Origin: an uncultured delta proteobacterium
Lineage (GTDB): Bacteria > Desulfobacterota > Binatia > UBA9968
Assembly (NCBI GenBank): GCA_963728565.1
Contig: CAVSLC010000011.1
Coordinates: forward strand, 1 to 64,000
DNA length: 64,000 nucleotides
Direction of reading: 5' to 3'
The position numbers were made by a program, and so were the translations under genes. Shown here in pieces: positions 20,309-30,322 of the stretch (position 1 is the stretch's first letter; the number at the start of each line of letters is the position of its first letter). The notes under the pieces were generated by a model. That model worked only from the letters and a program-made list of their open reading frames with translations. It had not been told where the DNA came from and did no database searches.

Positions 20309-21326
20309 GTGAATCGGCTACGAAAATATTTCATTTTTTCCTTTTGTCATCGTTTCGATGTCTTTACTCGCGGATCAGCTCGGGGCGCAGGATCGCGATG
20401 CGATCATCGCCAGGGCCAAGGAAGAAAAAGTGTTCGTGTATTACAGCACTACGGACATCCGCGACGGCACGGCGATGATCCATGCGTTTCAAAAGAAATA
20501 TCCGTTCGTCGAGCCCAAGCTGCTGCGTCTCGGCAGCACGCAGGTCGTCGTCAAGGTGCTGCAGGAGCACCGCGGCGGCGTCCACTTGTTCGACGTCATC
20601 TCCGCGACCAGTTTTCAGTTCTACGAGATCTTCAAAGAAGGCCTGTTTCAAATGTACGACTCGCCGGAGCGGCGGGCATTTGCCGAGGATTTCAAAGACA
20701 AGGAAGGCTACTGGGTCAGCGCTTACCACAATGCCAGCGTGGTGTCGTACAACACCAATCTGGTGAAGCCGCAGGAACTCCCCAAAAGCTACGACGATCT
20801 GCTCGATCCCAAGTGGAAAGGCAAAATGCTCATGGACAGCCGCGAGACCGAGTGGTACGCGAGCATGCTGCAAATTCTCGGCAGAGAAAAAGGCCTGCGC
20901 CTGATGCGCGGTCTGGCCAAGCAAGAGTTGAGCTTTCGCCCGGGACGCACGCTGATCACCCAGGTATTGGCTTCGGGCGAGGCGCCGCTGGCGGTCAATA
21001 ATTACGACCATCTCGTGCAGTCGGCCAAGAAGCGCGGCGCACCGGTGGAGTCTTTGCCGCTGACGCCGGTGGTCAGCCGGGTTACCCCGATCGCGCTCGG
21101 GCGCTACGCGCCGCATCCCAACATCGGCAAGCTGTTTATCGACTTTTCCCTTTCCGAGGAAGGCCAAAGAATTCTCCGCGGCTTCGGCCGCAGCTCGGCG
21201 CGCAAAGGCATCGAGCCGGACGACCTGCAGAGAAAAGGCATCAAGCTCCATGTCAGCGACATCGGCCTGGCGAAGGATTACGCGCGCTACGACAAAGAGT
21301 TCAAGGAAATTTTCGATTTAAAATGA
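20309..21326 (+). CDS. ABC-type extracellular solute-binding protein (frameshift in signal-peptide T-run near 20342)
   Basis: GTG start after GGGAG; YNTNLV, DLLDPKWKGK, APHPNIGKLFIDF. Confidence 0.85.
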
Positions 21327-21405
21327 TCAAAGATTGCGGCGTCACCACGCAGCGATTCACTCGACTATCCCAGTAGAATCATCCGGCATGACAGGAGAGG
21401 GAAAA

Positions 21406-22767
21406 ATGGCAAGCGGCATTACCGAACAACTGGCGATCCATACGGCAAAAGTGCGCTACGAAGACATTCCTCCCGAGGCAATCGAAAAAGCCAAAGATTG
21501 CATCCTCGACCAGATCGGGGTCGAGCTGATCGGTTCCACCCTGGAGTGGAATAAGATTGCCTACCGCTACGTCGCCGACATGGGAGGGCGCGGCGAAAGC
21601 ACGGTGGTCAACTACGGCGACAGAGTGCCGACTCTGGATGCGGCGTTCGTCAATGCGACCTTCGGTCAGGGCTGCGAGCTCGATGACGTCGGCTTTGCCG
21701 CGGGCGGCCACCCGAGCGCCGCTACCGTGCCGGTGGCGCTGGCCCTAGGTGAAAAGCAACGCAGCACGGGCAAAGATTTTCTCGCCGCCGTGGTCGTCGG
21801 CTGCGACGTCATGTACCGGCTGCTGGCGGCGGTGCGGCCTTCGTCGGGCAAGCGCGGGTTTCACAGCCACGGCATCGGCGCACCCTTCGGCGCGATGGCA
21901 ACGGCAGGGAGACTGCTTGGATTGAAAGAGGGGCAGATGCTGCATGCCTTCGGCATCGCCGGCATGCATTCGAGCGGCACCATGGAATACGATCAAACCG
22001 GCGGCGAGGTGAAGCGCGTGATTGCCGGTGTCGGCGCGCGCAGCGGCATCCAGTCGGCGATGCTAGCCCAACTCGGGCTCACCGGTCCGCCGACCATCAT
22101 CGAGGGCAAACGCGGATTTCTTAAAGTCTTCGCCGATCTGGTGGAGCCGGAGGAAATCACCCGCGATCTCGGCAGTGAGTTCAAGATCATGCGCATCTGG
22201 TTCAAGCTTTATCCGTGCGTCGCCACCGTCCAGGGAGTGATCTACACGCTCAGCAAATTGATCGAAGAGCATCGCTTCGGGGCGGACGACGTCGAAGAAA
22301 TCCGCGTCGGCATCTCCGAGACTTCGCTGTCGCACGGCGGCGCGATTTACGAGCCGCACGATACCGCGAGCGCGCAGTTCAGCCTGCCGTTCTCGTTGGC
22401 CATCCGCCTGTTGAAGAACGACAACGATCTGAGCTTTTACATGGATCCCAAGCTGTGGACCGATCCGAAAGTTCTGGCGCTAGCCAAGAAAGTGAAGAGC
22501 TACGCCGACCCGGACGCGAAGAAGGACCAGAATTACAACACGACGATGGAAGTGAAGCTCACCAATGGCAAGACTTACAAAGCGTTCGAGCCCTACCCCC
22601 CTGGCTCGCCGCTCAACATGGTCAGCCGTGACGTGTTGCGCGCCAAGTTTCGCAAGATGGCCCGCGCGGTATTACCCGAAGATCGGATCGACAGATTGAT
22701 CGATGCCGTGGACCGGCTGGAAACCTGCAATGATACCGGCGAATTGCTACCGCTGGTCGTGAAGTGA
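21406..22767 (+). CDS. MmgE/PrpD family protein, paralogue of 14723..16114
   Basis: GCELDD...GGHPS, GTMEYDQTGGEVKR and AQFSL shared with the 14723 copy. Confidence 0.92.
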   Translation: MASGITEQLAIHTAKVRYEDIPPEAIEKAKDCILDQIGVELIGSTLEWNKIAYRYVADMGGRGESTVVNYGDRVPTLDAAFVNATFGQGCELDDVGFAAGGHPSAATVPVALALGEKQRSTGKDFLAAVVVGCDVMYRLLAAVRPSSGKRGFHSHGIGAPFGAMATAGRLLGLKEGQMLHAFGIAGMHSSGTMEYDQTGGEVKRVIAGVGARSGIQSAMLAQLGLTGPPTIIEGKRGFLKVFADLVEPEEITRDLGSEFKIMRIWFKLYPCVATVQGVIYTLSKLIEEHRFGADDVEEIRVGISETSLSHGGAIYEPHDTASAQFSLPFSLAIRLLKNDNDLSFYMDPKLWTDPKVLALAKKVKSYADPDAKKDQNYNTTMEVKLTNGKTYKAFEPYPPGSPLNMVSRDVLRAKFRKMARAVLPEDRIDRLIDAVDRLETCNDTGELLPLVVK

Positions 22768-23429
22768 TCGCCGGGATAACTGCGCGCTCCGGAGCGTCTT
22801 TTAAGAGATACTCCCTCGTTTCCTCCGTTCATCTGTTCGCGATCGTCGCGATCACGTCGACAATAGATCGTCCGTGAACCGTAAGAGCTAGGTGGAACCT
22901 TGAGAAACGTAGGGTATTTCAAACATTACCGGTGACTTAGTTTTCAGTCGGACGGGCGTAAATCACAGATCTAACATGCTGGCTCCATTCGCTGCTCAAA
23001 AAAAATTATTTCGGTTGAATCAGCTCGTCGGAGCAAGAATTCGTTATTCAATCCGTCAGAGAGATTTCATAATCACTCATTCGATGATCGAGCTTGTCAC
23101 GAAGTTGGTTTTGAAGTTTTTAGCTGCCGGCGTAGTCGATGAAAGTTACCCCGGTATTTGAAGAGATCTCTCGTTTTCACGTGCCATGGTATGGGTATTG
23201 CTCGATACGCCAGGCGCGGCTCTGCTAGAAAAATTCCATTTGAGAGAACAGCAATTGAATTCTGCGCAGGCGCTTGATTCTCGGCGCGAGTTTCTCGATG
23301 TGCCGAGTCCGGGCAACAGCCGCGTCAAAAACAACGGATGAATAAATACCCGGTCCGAAATCCGTGGGAGTGATAATGCGAATTGAAGATTATCAAGATC
23401 GCGCAACAAGTTACCGAAACATAGCTCGC

Positions 23430-24932
23430 ATGAAAGGTGCGATACTATGCGTTTCTGCCGGTGTGTTGTTACTGCTGTTGAATGGATCTGCCATGGCGCA
23501 AGACGTGCCGGCTCTACAAGAACTCGGCAAGCATATTTTCTTCGACAATATTTCTAATCCGCCGCGTCAGTCGTGTTCCACCTGCCACGTACCGGAAAAT
23601 GGTTGGACCGCTGGCGTTGCCGGCATTAACAAGAAAGGCGTGGCCGTAACTGGCGCCAATCCTCACACCGTCGGAGGACGTAAGCCGCCGAGCAACGCCT
23701 ACGCAACCTTCAGTCCGCCGTTTGGTGGCCGGCCTGCGACCAATCCCAATCCCTTTCCTAATCCGCCGCCTGCTACGGATTCCTTTTTCTGTGGCGAAGG
23801 TTCACCATTTCTCTGTTTCGGGGGCGTTTTCTGGGATGGCCGCGCGGAAGGCAACGCCACGCCCTTGGTTGCTCCGCCGAATGTGACGGGAAAAGGAGCC
23901 ATCCCGCATGTTGGTGTCGAGATTTTCGATACCGATGCGCAAAAGGTGGCTTACGGTGGTTTCATCGGGCCGGTAGCCGACCAAGCGCTCGGTCCATTCC
24001 CGAATGACGTCGAGCAGAATGTGCCTGATGGCAACGATGGTGGATTGCCCGGTGCCGGAGCTGTCTGTCGGCACGTCCAGTCGGCGAAGTATGCCGAGTT
24101 TTTCATGAAGGCTTGGAACGAAGCGATCGACTGCAACACTGCCAACGTGGTGATCAGCTTCAAGCGCATCGCTCTGGCGATCGCAGCCTGGCAGCATTCC
24201 GGTGAGGTCAACTCGTTCAGCTCCAAGCGCGATCAGGGAATCAGGACCGGCGGGTCTTTCCCTCTGCCCAACTTGACGAACCAGGAGAATCTGGGGCGTG
24301 ACCTATTTCATGGACTCAATGATTCAGGGCTGAATAGACTCGTCGATGATGGTAAGGGTGGCCTTATCCCAAAGAACGCAGGGTGCGCAGCCTGCCACAA
24401 CAGCCATGGCGCCGCTTCTGTTGGCAATGAACTAAACCAGATCTACTCGGATTTTGCTTATCACCACATCGGGTTGCCGGCAAATTTCGAAATAGAGAAC
24501 TTCGATCCGAACAATTTAGACGCAGGAATGCTCGGTCATACTGATCCAAGCGCTGTATTCAACTCCGCCAACCCTAACGCAACCCCGTTTGCCGGTCACG
24601 TTAAAACCCCGACCTTGCGAAATGTAGACAAGCGCCGTGGCAACGGCTTTCCCAAGGCTTACATGCATAACGGCTACTTCAAGTCACTCGAGCAAGTCGT
24701 TCATTTTTATAATACGGCAACCTTGTTACGGGATCCCTTGGCTTGCCCGGCCGGTACGACGGCAGACCAGGCAATAGCGAAAAACTGCTGGCCGGCTCCG
24801 GAATTCGATACACCAAATCAAGCTGGGAATTTCGGCGTGCTGGGAAACCTCGGGCTGACAGCGGCCGAAGAGGCGGCGCTGGTCGCGTACTTAAAAACGC
24901 TGACCGATACGGTGACGCCCAAGCAGCCATAG
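23430..24932 (+). CDS. Periplasmic di-haem cytochrome c peroxidase/MauG-superfamily protein
   Basis: Signal peptide; LGKHIFFD; CSTCH and CAACH; FWDGRA; KTPTLRNV; YMHNGYFKSLEQVVHFYN. Confidence 0.9.
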   Translation: MKGAILCVSAGVLLLLLNGSAMAQDVPALQELGKHIFFDNISNPPRQSCSTCHVPENGWTAGVAGINKKGVAVTGANPHTVGGRKPPSNAYATFSPPFGGRPATNPNPFPNPPPATDSFFCGEGSPFLCFGGVFWDGRAEGNATPLVAPPNVTGKGAIPHVGVEIFDTDAQKVAYGGFIGPVADQALGPFPNDVEQNVPDGNDGGLPGAGAVCRHVQSAKYAEFFMKAWNEAIDCNTANVVISFKRIALAIAAWQHSGEVNSFSSKRDQGIRTGGSFPLPNLTNQENLGRDLFHGLNDSGLNRLVDDGKGGLIPKNAGCAACHNSHGAASVGNELNQIYSDFAYHHIGLPANFEIENFDPNNLDAGMLGHTDPSAVFNSANPNATPFAGHVKTPTLRNVDKRRGNGFPKAYMHNGYFKSLEQVVHFYNTATLLRDPLACPAGTTADQAIAKNCWPAPEFDTPNQAGNFGVLGNLGLTAAEEAALVAYLKTLTDTVTPKQP

Positions 24933-25112
24933 CCCTACCTCGGAGCAAGCACCCTCCACAACATTGTAATTGGTCGGTTCTGTGCCTTCGCTCCTCTGGG
25001 CTCGCGCCCCATAGTCCGTACGCGTGTTAATCTCTACTGCGGAATCCGGGTTGAATCGAATCCTTTTCTGCCTGTCGGACGTTTAAGATGATAGACGATA
25101 ATTGTTGTTATC

Positions 25113-26198
25113 TCAGTTGGTTTTCCGAGCAGCCTGGGCCGCGGTTCGATGATCTAGCCGGAAATATTCCTTGCCGTTGTGGTAAGCGATCTTCTCTTTG
25201 GTCGAACGTGAAAGATCGGGATGGTTCCACAGGTATTTGAGATTTTTGGGAAACTCGCCGTCCCAGTGGGGAACGTCCGACGCGTAGAGAAAGTGATGAT
25301 CGCCGACATACTCGATAGTCTGCGCTAGGAGCCGCTCCTCGGATTCGAGACTGAAGTAGACTCCGGATTCGCGCACCACCTCACTGGGTTTTTTCTTCAG
25401 ATGCGGCGCCTCGAATTCGCCGCGCAACTCCCAATGCTCATCCATGCGATCGAGCCAGTACGGCAGCCAGGTCGCGCCGATCTCAAGAAAAGCCAGGCGG
25501 AGCTTGGGAAAGCGCACCGGCACTCCCTGGAAAATGATGCTGGTGAAGTGGAGAAAGATGCCGACCGGAAAAGTGTAGGTGTGCACCTCGGCGAACGTTC
25601 TGAGTGCGCCGGCGCCGACCTCCGCCGAAGAGCTGCGGTTACCGTGCACCGAGAGCGGAACGTCGAGCCGCTGCGCCTCTTCATAAAGCGGATCATACAT
25701 CGGATCGCCGAGCGCCGTGGGTAATCCCATGGAAAGCAACTCGAAGCTCACCAGCCCCAGTTCGGTGACGGCCCGGCGCAGCTCCTTGGCGGCTTCCTCC
25801 GGCCATTTGAGCGGTAGCACACCGACGCAATGAATGCGCTCGGAGAGCGCGTTGTATTCCTTGGCGAAATGATCGTTGGCAGCGCGGCAAGCGGCGAGGC
25901 AGAACTCGGGTTCCCGCAGTTTCGGAATGTTGCCGGAGCCCGTAGGAAAGAGCACCGCCTGTTCGATGTTGTACTCGTCCATGATCTTGAGCCATGTCTC
26001 GACCTGCTGGGCCGGGCTCATATTGCGACCGTAACCTGGATAGCCGAGCGTATCGAATAGATCGGTGTCGAACGGCTGATCGCTGGGCCAGAGGCCAGTG
26101 TTACGTCGGTTCCACGGCGGTTCCAAATATTTGCGGATGTCGCTTTGGCGTTCCAATACATGTCCATCGGCGTCGATTACCGGCGGCCAGTCAGCCAT
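25113..26198 (-). CDS. Amidohydrolase_2 family protein (metal-dependent decarboxylase/hydratase type)
   Basis: IDADGHV, FPKLRLAFLEIGATW, YASDVPHWD. Confidence 0.9.
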   Translation of the reverse strand: MADWPPVIDADGHVLERQSDIRKYLEPPWNRRNTGLWPSDQPFDTDLFDTLGYPGYGRNMSPAQQVETWLKIMDEYNIEQAVLFPTGSGNIPKLREPEFCLAACRAANDHFAKEYNALSERIHCVGVLPLKWPEEAAKELRRAVTELGLVSFELLSMGLPTALGDPMYDPLYEEAQRLDVPLSVHGNRSSSAEVGAGALRTFAEVHTYTFPVGIFLHFTSIIFQGVPVRFPKLRLAFLEIGATWLPYWLDRMDEHWELRGEFEAPHLKKKPSEVVRESGVYFSLESEERLLAQTIEYVGDHHFLYASDVPHWDGEFPKNLKYLWNHPDLSRSTKEKIAYHNGKEYFRLDHRTAAQAARKTN

Positions 26199-26405
26199 GA
26201 TTCGCCTCCTTAATTATTTCTTGAGCTCACGGCCCGGATGGTATCACCACCGGGCCAGCATGTGTCAACCGTTTTTCCAACCAAGGTGAGCTTAGGTTAC
26301 TTTCAGGCTTATTCAAGAAGTCGGCCGTTACGCAAACGCCAGACGAAAGTTTACCGTCCGAGACACGTGAATAAATCCAACACAGCGGCGAAAGATCGTT
26401 GCTAG

Positions 26406-27389
26406 TTATCGACCGTACAGTTGATTCAAAAAGCCGCTTTTCTCGATCTCACTGAGAACGGAGTTGTCAATGAATTGCTCCGGCTTGGCGGCCTTTGCTC
26501 CCGGGTGCCGCGTGAAATTCAGCACGGATTGCACGCCGGCGGTGGAGACATACGGAATGCGCTCCCAGACTTTGATGAAGGTCTGGTACGTTTCCTCAAG
26601 GTCTTCCTGATTGTTCGTTTTCGTGAACGTACCGATGATCTGTTTGGTTTCTTTCGGGTTGGTTGCGGCATAGCGAACTGCTTCCATATATCCCTGCAGG
26701 AAGCCGCGAACCCGGTCGCGATTCTCTTTGACGAAGTCTCGGGTCGTTGCCAGGCCCGCATGGATCATCGGAATATTTCGCTCCGGAACGTTGACGATTT
26801 CTTTGAATCCCGCCTGCCGCGCCTTGAGAGTCACGGGCGCCGAAATGACGCCAGCATCGATTACACCGCTTGTCAGCGCCGCAAGAATCTCGGGGCCGGT
26901 TTTCAAATAGAGCATCTTGACGTCCTGCCCCGGAACCAATCCGGCCTCCTGGCAGAGAATGCGCACCAAATGATCGCTGATGGAGCCGGGAGACAGGGCC
27001 GAGACCACTTTGCCGCGCAGATCGGCGAGCGACTGAATCTCGGGCTTGGCAAAAATCGAAAGCACCACGCGGTTGGCGATGCCGGCGATATAGACGACTC
27101 GTTCTCCGTTCAGTCCGGCCTCGAGCAATTCGCCGCCCGGCGTAATGATGTCGACGTTCTTGGTGAGCAGCGCCTGGGTGCCGGTGGTCAGCGGCAGAAA
27201 TTTCAAATCCACCGAAATGCCGTACTTGTTGAATAGCTTGTTTTCATAAGCTACCCAGAGAGGCGTGAACACCCCGCCGATGGCATTGTAGCTCGCGCGC
27301 ACCACCGGCAAATCGGCGGCAAGCGAACGATCGATGAGAAAGAGCCCGTTAAAGAGGAGTAACCCGGCAAGAATTTTTGTCAGATTCAC
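26406..27389 (-). CDS. NMT1/THI5-like ABC substrate-binding protein
   Basis: GTG start, signal peptide, PLWVAYENKLFNKYG, LADLRGK, FIDNS. Confidence 0.85.
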   Translation of the reverse strand: MNLTKILAGLLLFNGLFLIDRSLAADLPVVRASYNAIGGVFTPLWVAYENKLFNKYGISVDLKFLPLTTGTQALLTKNVDIITPGGELLEAGLNGERVVYIAGIANRVVLSIFAKPEIQSLADLRGKVVSALSPGSISDHLVRILCQEAGLVPGQDVKMLYLKTGPEILAALTSGVIDAGVISAPVTLKARQAGFKEIVNVPERNIPMIHAGLATTRDFVKENRDRVRGFLQGYMEAVRYAATNPKETKQIIGTFTKTNNQEDLEETYQTFIKVWERIPYVSTAGVQSVLNFTRHPGAKAAKPEQFIDNSVLSEIEKSGFLNQLYGR

Positions 27390-27393
27390 GCGC

Positions 27394-28266
27394 CTATTCC
27401 TTTCCAAATTCTCCGGACTGCTTTGCCCAGCGAGCCAATTCGTCATGGCCGGTAAAGACCACGCCATCGAATTGTTTGGCGTAGGAGAGAAATTCATCGA
27501 GCACTTTCGAGCGAAACGGCCGGCCGGTGATGAAGTCATGAACGACGAGCGGCATCATGACGGCGCGTTCCGCGCCGCGCTCGTATAGCGCATCGAAGGC
27601 GGACTTGAGGCCGCGCAACATAAAATCCGGCGGATTGGCATTCCAGGTGGAGAACCGGGAGGGTGGAAACGCGGGATTGGTGATGTCGACGCCGAGCGCC
27701 GTGTCGCTGTAGGTCGCAAACGGAATTTCGAGCATCTCCCGGCCATGGCCCTCGATCAACGAAGGCAGATCGTCGTTCCACATGCTGCCATCCCATTCGA
27801 GATCGGAATGCTCCAGCAGCAGATCAAGCGTATTGTGGCTCGCAAAACAGGTGCGCCAGCCGCGAATGTGTTCGCCCAACAAGTCTTCGAAAACGGCGAC
27901 GGTTTTTTTGATCAGCGCGACTTCGGTATCGGGCGGCATATTGCACATCATTTCGTGGGCGTACGTGTGGCCGGCGATACAATGCCCGGCTTTCTGAACG
28001 GCGCGCGAGACTTCGGGATATTTTTCCAAAGTCGCGCCGCAGATCAGCCATGTGCCGCGGACACCGTGCTCGCTCATGATGTCGAGTAGACGCCAAGCGC
28101 CGCGCCGGGCTCCGTATTGCCGCTCGCTGTAGTCGAAAGGATCGGGTTGGCCGTCGGGCATCGGGCAGGTGGCTTCCTCCGACTGATGATGCACGCTGAT
28201 CGCGATCGGCAGGCGCACGCCGTCGGGCCAACGAAAACTTTTCTTATAACCTTTCTCGCTCCACAT
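27394..28266 (-). CDS. Polysaccharide deacetylase/PuuE allantoinase-like protein
   Basis: RWPDGVRLPIAI, YGARRGAWRLLD, GHCIAGHTYAH, NDDLP, H..ITGRP. Confidence 0.85.
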   Translation of the reverse strand: MWSEKGYKKSFRWPDGVRLPIAISVHHQSEEATCPMPDGQPDPFDYSERQYGARRGAWRLLDIMSEHGVRGTWLICGATLEKYPEVSRAVQKAGHCIAGHTYAHEMMCNMPPDTEVALIKKTVAVFEDLLGEHIRGWRTCFASHNTLDLLLEHSDLEWDGSMWNDDLPSLIEGHGREMLEIPFATYSDTALGVDITNPAFPPSRFSTWNANPPDFMLRGLKSAFDALYERGAERAVMMPLVVHDFITGRPFRSKVLDEFLSYAKQFDGVVFTGHDELARWAKQSGEFGKE

Positions 28267-28287
28267 GAAAGACCTCCTTCGAAGGGT

Positions 28288-29127
28288 TCACCGGGCATCC
28301 GGGTTTAGCCGCCAAGCGGCGACCTCGCTGCATTGCGCGAAGCGGAATTCTTCGTGGCCCACCAGACGGTCGAGAAGACGCCCAAGCACCCGCAGAGTTG
28401 CGGGGCGTCCCGTGGCCCAGGTCTGGAGGCTCAGATTCATCAGGCGCGGACCCTTTTCGCTTTCTTTGTAAAGCACGTCGAGCTCGTTATTCCACACGCT
28501 CGCAAGACCATCCGGACCGCCTCGTTGCGGATAAGGATAGCCGACGTAAGTTTTATCCGCGGTGCTCGTCGTAAACGGAATCTCGACTATCTTCTGAGCT
28601 CGCGTTTGAAACAAATACGGCAGATCGTCGTTCAAGAGACTGCTGTCCCACAGCAGCTCTTCCTCCGCGAGAATGTCGAGTGTATTCGGGCTCACGCGAT
28701 AATCGGGACAACGCCAGCCGCGGATCTTCACGCCGGCGATGTCCTCCAAGATTTTGGCAGAGCGGCGCACGTTGGCGCGTTCCTGCTCTTCACTCGCGGT
28801 CCGGATCGAACCGAAGCTGTAGCCCATGCCGGCAATCTCATGCCCGGCTTTGGCCGCCGCCTGCACGGTGTCGGGATATTTCTCCGCCGTCGTACCGAGC
28901 ACGAAGAAAGTCGCTTTGACCCGATATTTTTCCAGCAACTCGAGGATATTCCAGATGCCGCGGCGGGCGCCGTACTGCATCGCTCCGCCGACCATGTAGT
29001 TGGGCCGCTCTCCGGCGAATAACGGCGCTCCTTCACCGGCCTGGTGCTCGAAAGTCAGCATGACAGGAAGTCGAATTCCCGCGGGCCAGCGGATAGCCTC
29101 CGTGTTTGATTTGATTTCTGCAGCCAT
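28288..29127 (-). CDS. Polysaccharide deacetylase/PuuE-like paralogue lacking the HxxxH motif
   Basis: RWPAGIRLP, YGARRGIWNILE, GHEIAGMGYSF, DSSLLNDDLPY. Confidence 0.85.
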   Translation of the reverse strand: MAAEIKSNTEAIRWPAGIRLPVMLTFEHQAGEGAPLFAGERPNYMVGGAMQYGARRGIWNILELLEKYRVKATFFVLGTTAEKYPDTVQAAAKAGHEIAGMGYSFGSIRTASEEQERANVRRSAKILEDIAGVKIRGWRCPDYRVSPNTLDILAEEELLWDSSLLNDDLPYLFQTRAQKIVEIPFTTSTADKTYVGYPYPQRGGPDGLASVWNNELDVLYKESEKGPRLMNLSLQTWATGRPATLRVLGRLLDRLVGHEEFRFAQCSEVAAWRLNPDAR

Positions 29128-29365
29128 CGTCCACCTTTCACATTCGGAATCAAAGCAGATGCGTTGTGTTTTTATATTTCCGTTTCTTTTCTCCATACGT
29201 AAGGCAAGCCACCGCGTCAAGCGGCATAGCGGGTTAATACGGTTTTAGTTGGTTGGCGTATTTTTTCCTACTTCTTCGATGCCGTATCTGCGATTTAGGA
29301 TTTCCGAACTGTTCCCCAACCATACGTGTTTTCCGGGGGCGTGGAGCAATTGTTTTTGATTCATG

Positions 29366-29394
29366 TTGACATGTCAGATTGTGATGAATAATCT
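29366..29394 (+). promoter_or_regulatory. Sigma70-like promoter TTGACA-N17-TAATCT with overlapping palindrome TGACATGTCA
   Basis: Perfect -35 box and 17-nt spacer, upstream of the DUF1989 gene. Confidence 0.5.
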
Positions 29395-29527
29395 CGGGCC
29401 TCGGAATCGCATCGGGAGAACTCGTTTGATTTAATGGACTCCGTCCTGCGTTATGGGTGGGTGGTTCGGCTGTGGCTGATGGCGCAGATTTTCAACTGAC
29501 TATAGGGCAGTTAGAAAGGACATCGGA

Positions 29528-30157
29528 ATGAACAAACTTAAAGAGGCTCACGTACCTTATAATACCGGCTGGGCCGGAGACTTGAAAAAAGGCCAGGTGA
29601 TTCGGATTACCGCGACAACCACGGTCGACTTCGTGTGCATGAGACGGGAAAATTTGAAAGAGCGATTCGATCAGGCGCGCACCAAAGTCTATAACATGAA
29701 AATCTTTCTCACGACCGGCGACAAACTGATGGGGCGGAATAATCAGCACATGATGACCATCGTCGAAAACACCAACCGGGAGGGGACTCACGATTTGCAG
29801 AAAGGCATGTGCAGCGGCTACCGCTTTCAACTCGCAAAAAATGAGGGAAAGCTGCGGGACTATTACCACCGAGACTATAAAGACGAAGAGATTCCGGATC
29901 ATGGCTGCTACGAAAATCTTTCGCGAGCTTTGGCGCCGTACGGGATCGATCCGGAAGACGTCCCCAATCCTTTTAACCTCAATCAGCATATGAAAATCGA
30001 CGGCGCCACCGGCCGTATGGATCATACGACAGTCCGGCCCAAACCGGGCAGCTACGTAGATCTTAAAGCAGAGATGGATCTGCTCGTTGCCTTCAGCGCC
30101 TGTCCCGATATGCCGGTTGGCGGAAAGCCGGTCGACCTTATGATTTACGAGCCGTGA
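29528..30157 (+). CDS. Urea carboxylase-associated family protein (DUF1989)
   Basis: LKKGQVIRI, HDLQKGMC, HGCYENL, VPNPFNL, AEMDLLVAFSACP. Confidence 0.88.
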   Translation: MNKLKEAHVPYNTGWAGDLKKGQVIRITATTTVDFVCMRRENLKERFDQARTKVYNMKIFLTTGDKLMGRNNQHMMTIVENTNREGTHDLQKGMCSGYRFQLAKNEGKLRDYYHRDYKDEEIPDHGCYENLSRALAPYGIDPEDVPNPFNLNQHMKIDGATGRMDHTTVRPKPGSYVDLKAEMDLLVAFSACPDMPVGGKPVDLMIYEP

Positions 30158-30322
30158 AATAGTTTTGAGATTCTGCGGCTTGAATGCGCCTTGGAGAAGC
30201 GATCGCTCCAGCCTGATATCAGCAAAGCCATTGCGTCTAGTAAGCGCGCGGCGGCCAACAATTCAGGGCGACGTAGCTACTAATCGGCTCGCCATAAGAT
30301 TTCTTTCACACACGAGATCAAG

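Noticed and set aside
15994-21251. Long antisense or alternate-frame ORFs (e.g. 15994..17289, 18682..20250, 18858..20078, 20364..21251)
   Set aside because: Shadow ORFs of GC-rich genes, with no motifs or RBS.
22770-23360. Short ORFs in the AT-richer spacer before the peroxidase
   Set aside because: No protein-like motifs; probably regulatory or decayed DNA.
29395-29527. Guanidine (ykkC/mini-ykkC) riboswitch upstream of DUF1989
   Set aside because: No CTAGGGTTCCG/AAAAGCCCGGGAG core and no twin ACGR hairpins; only a small hairpin next to the RBS.
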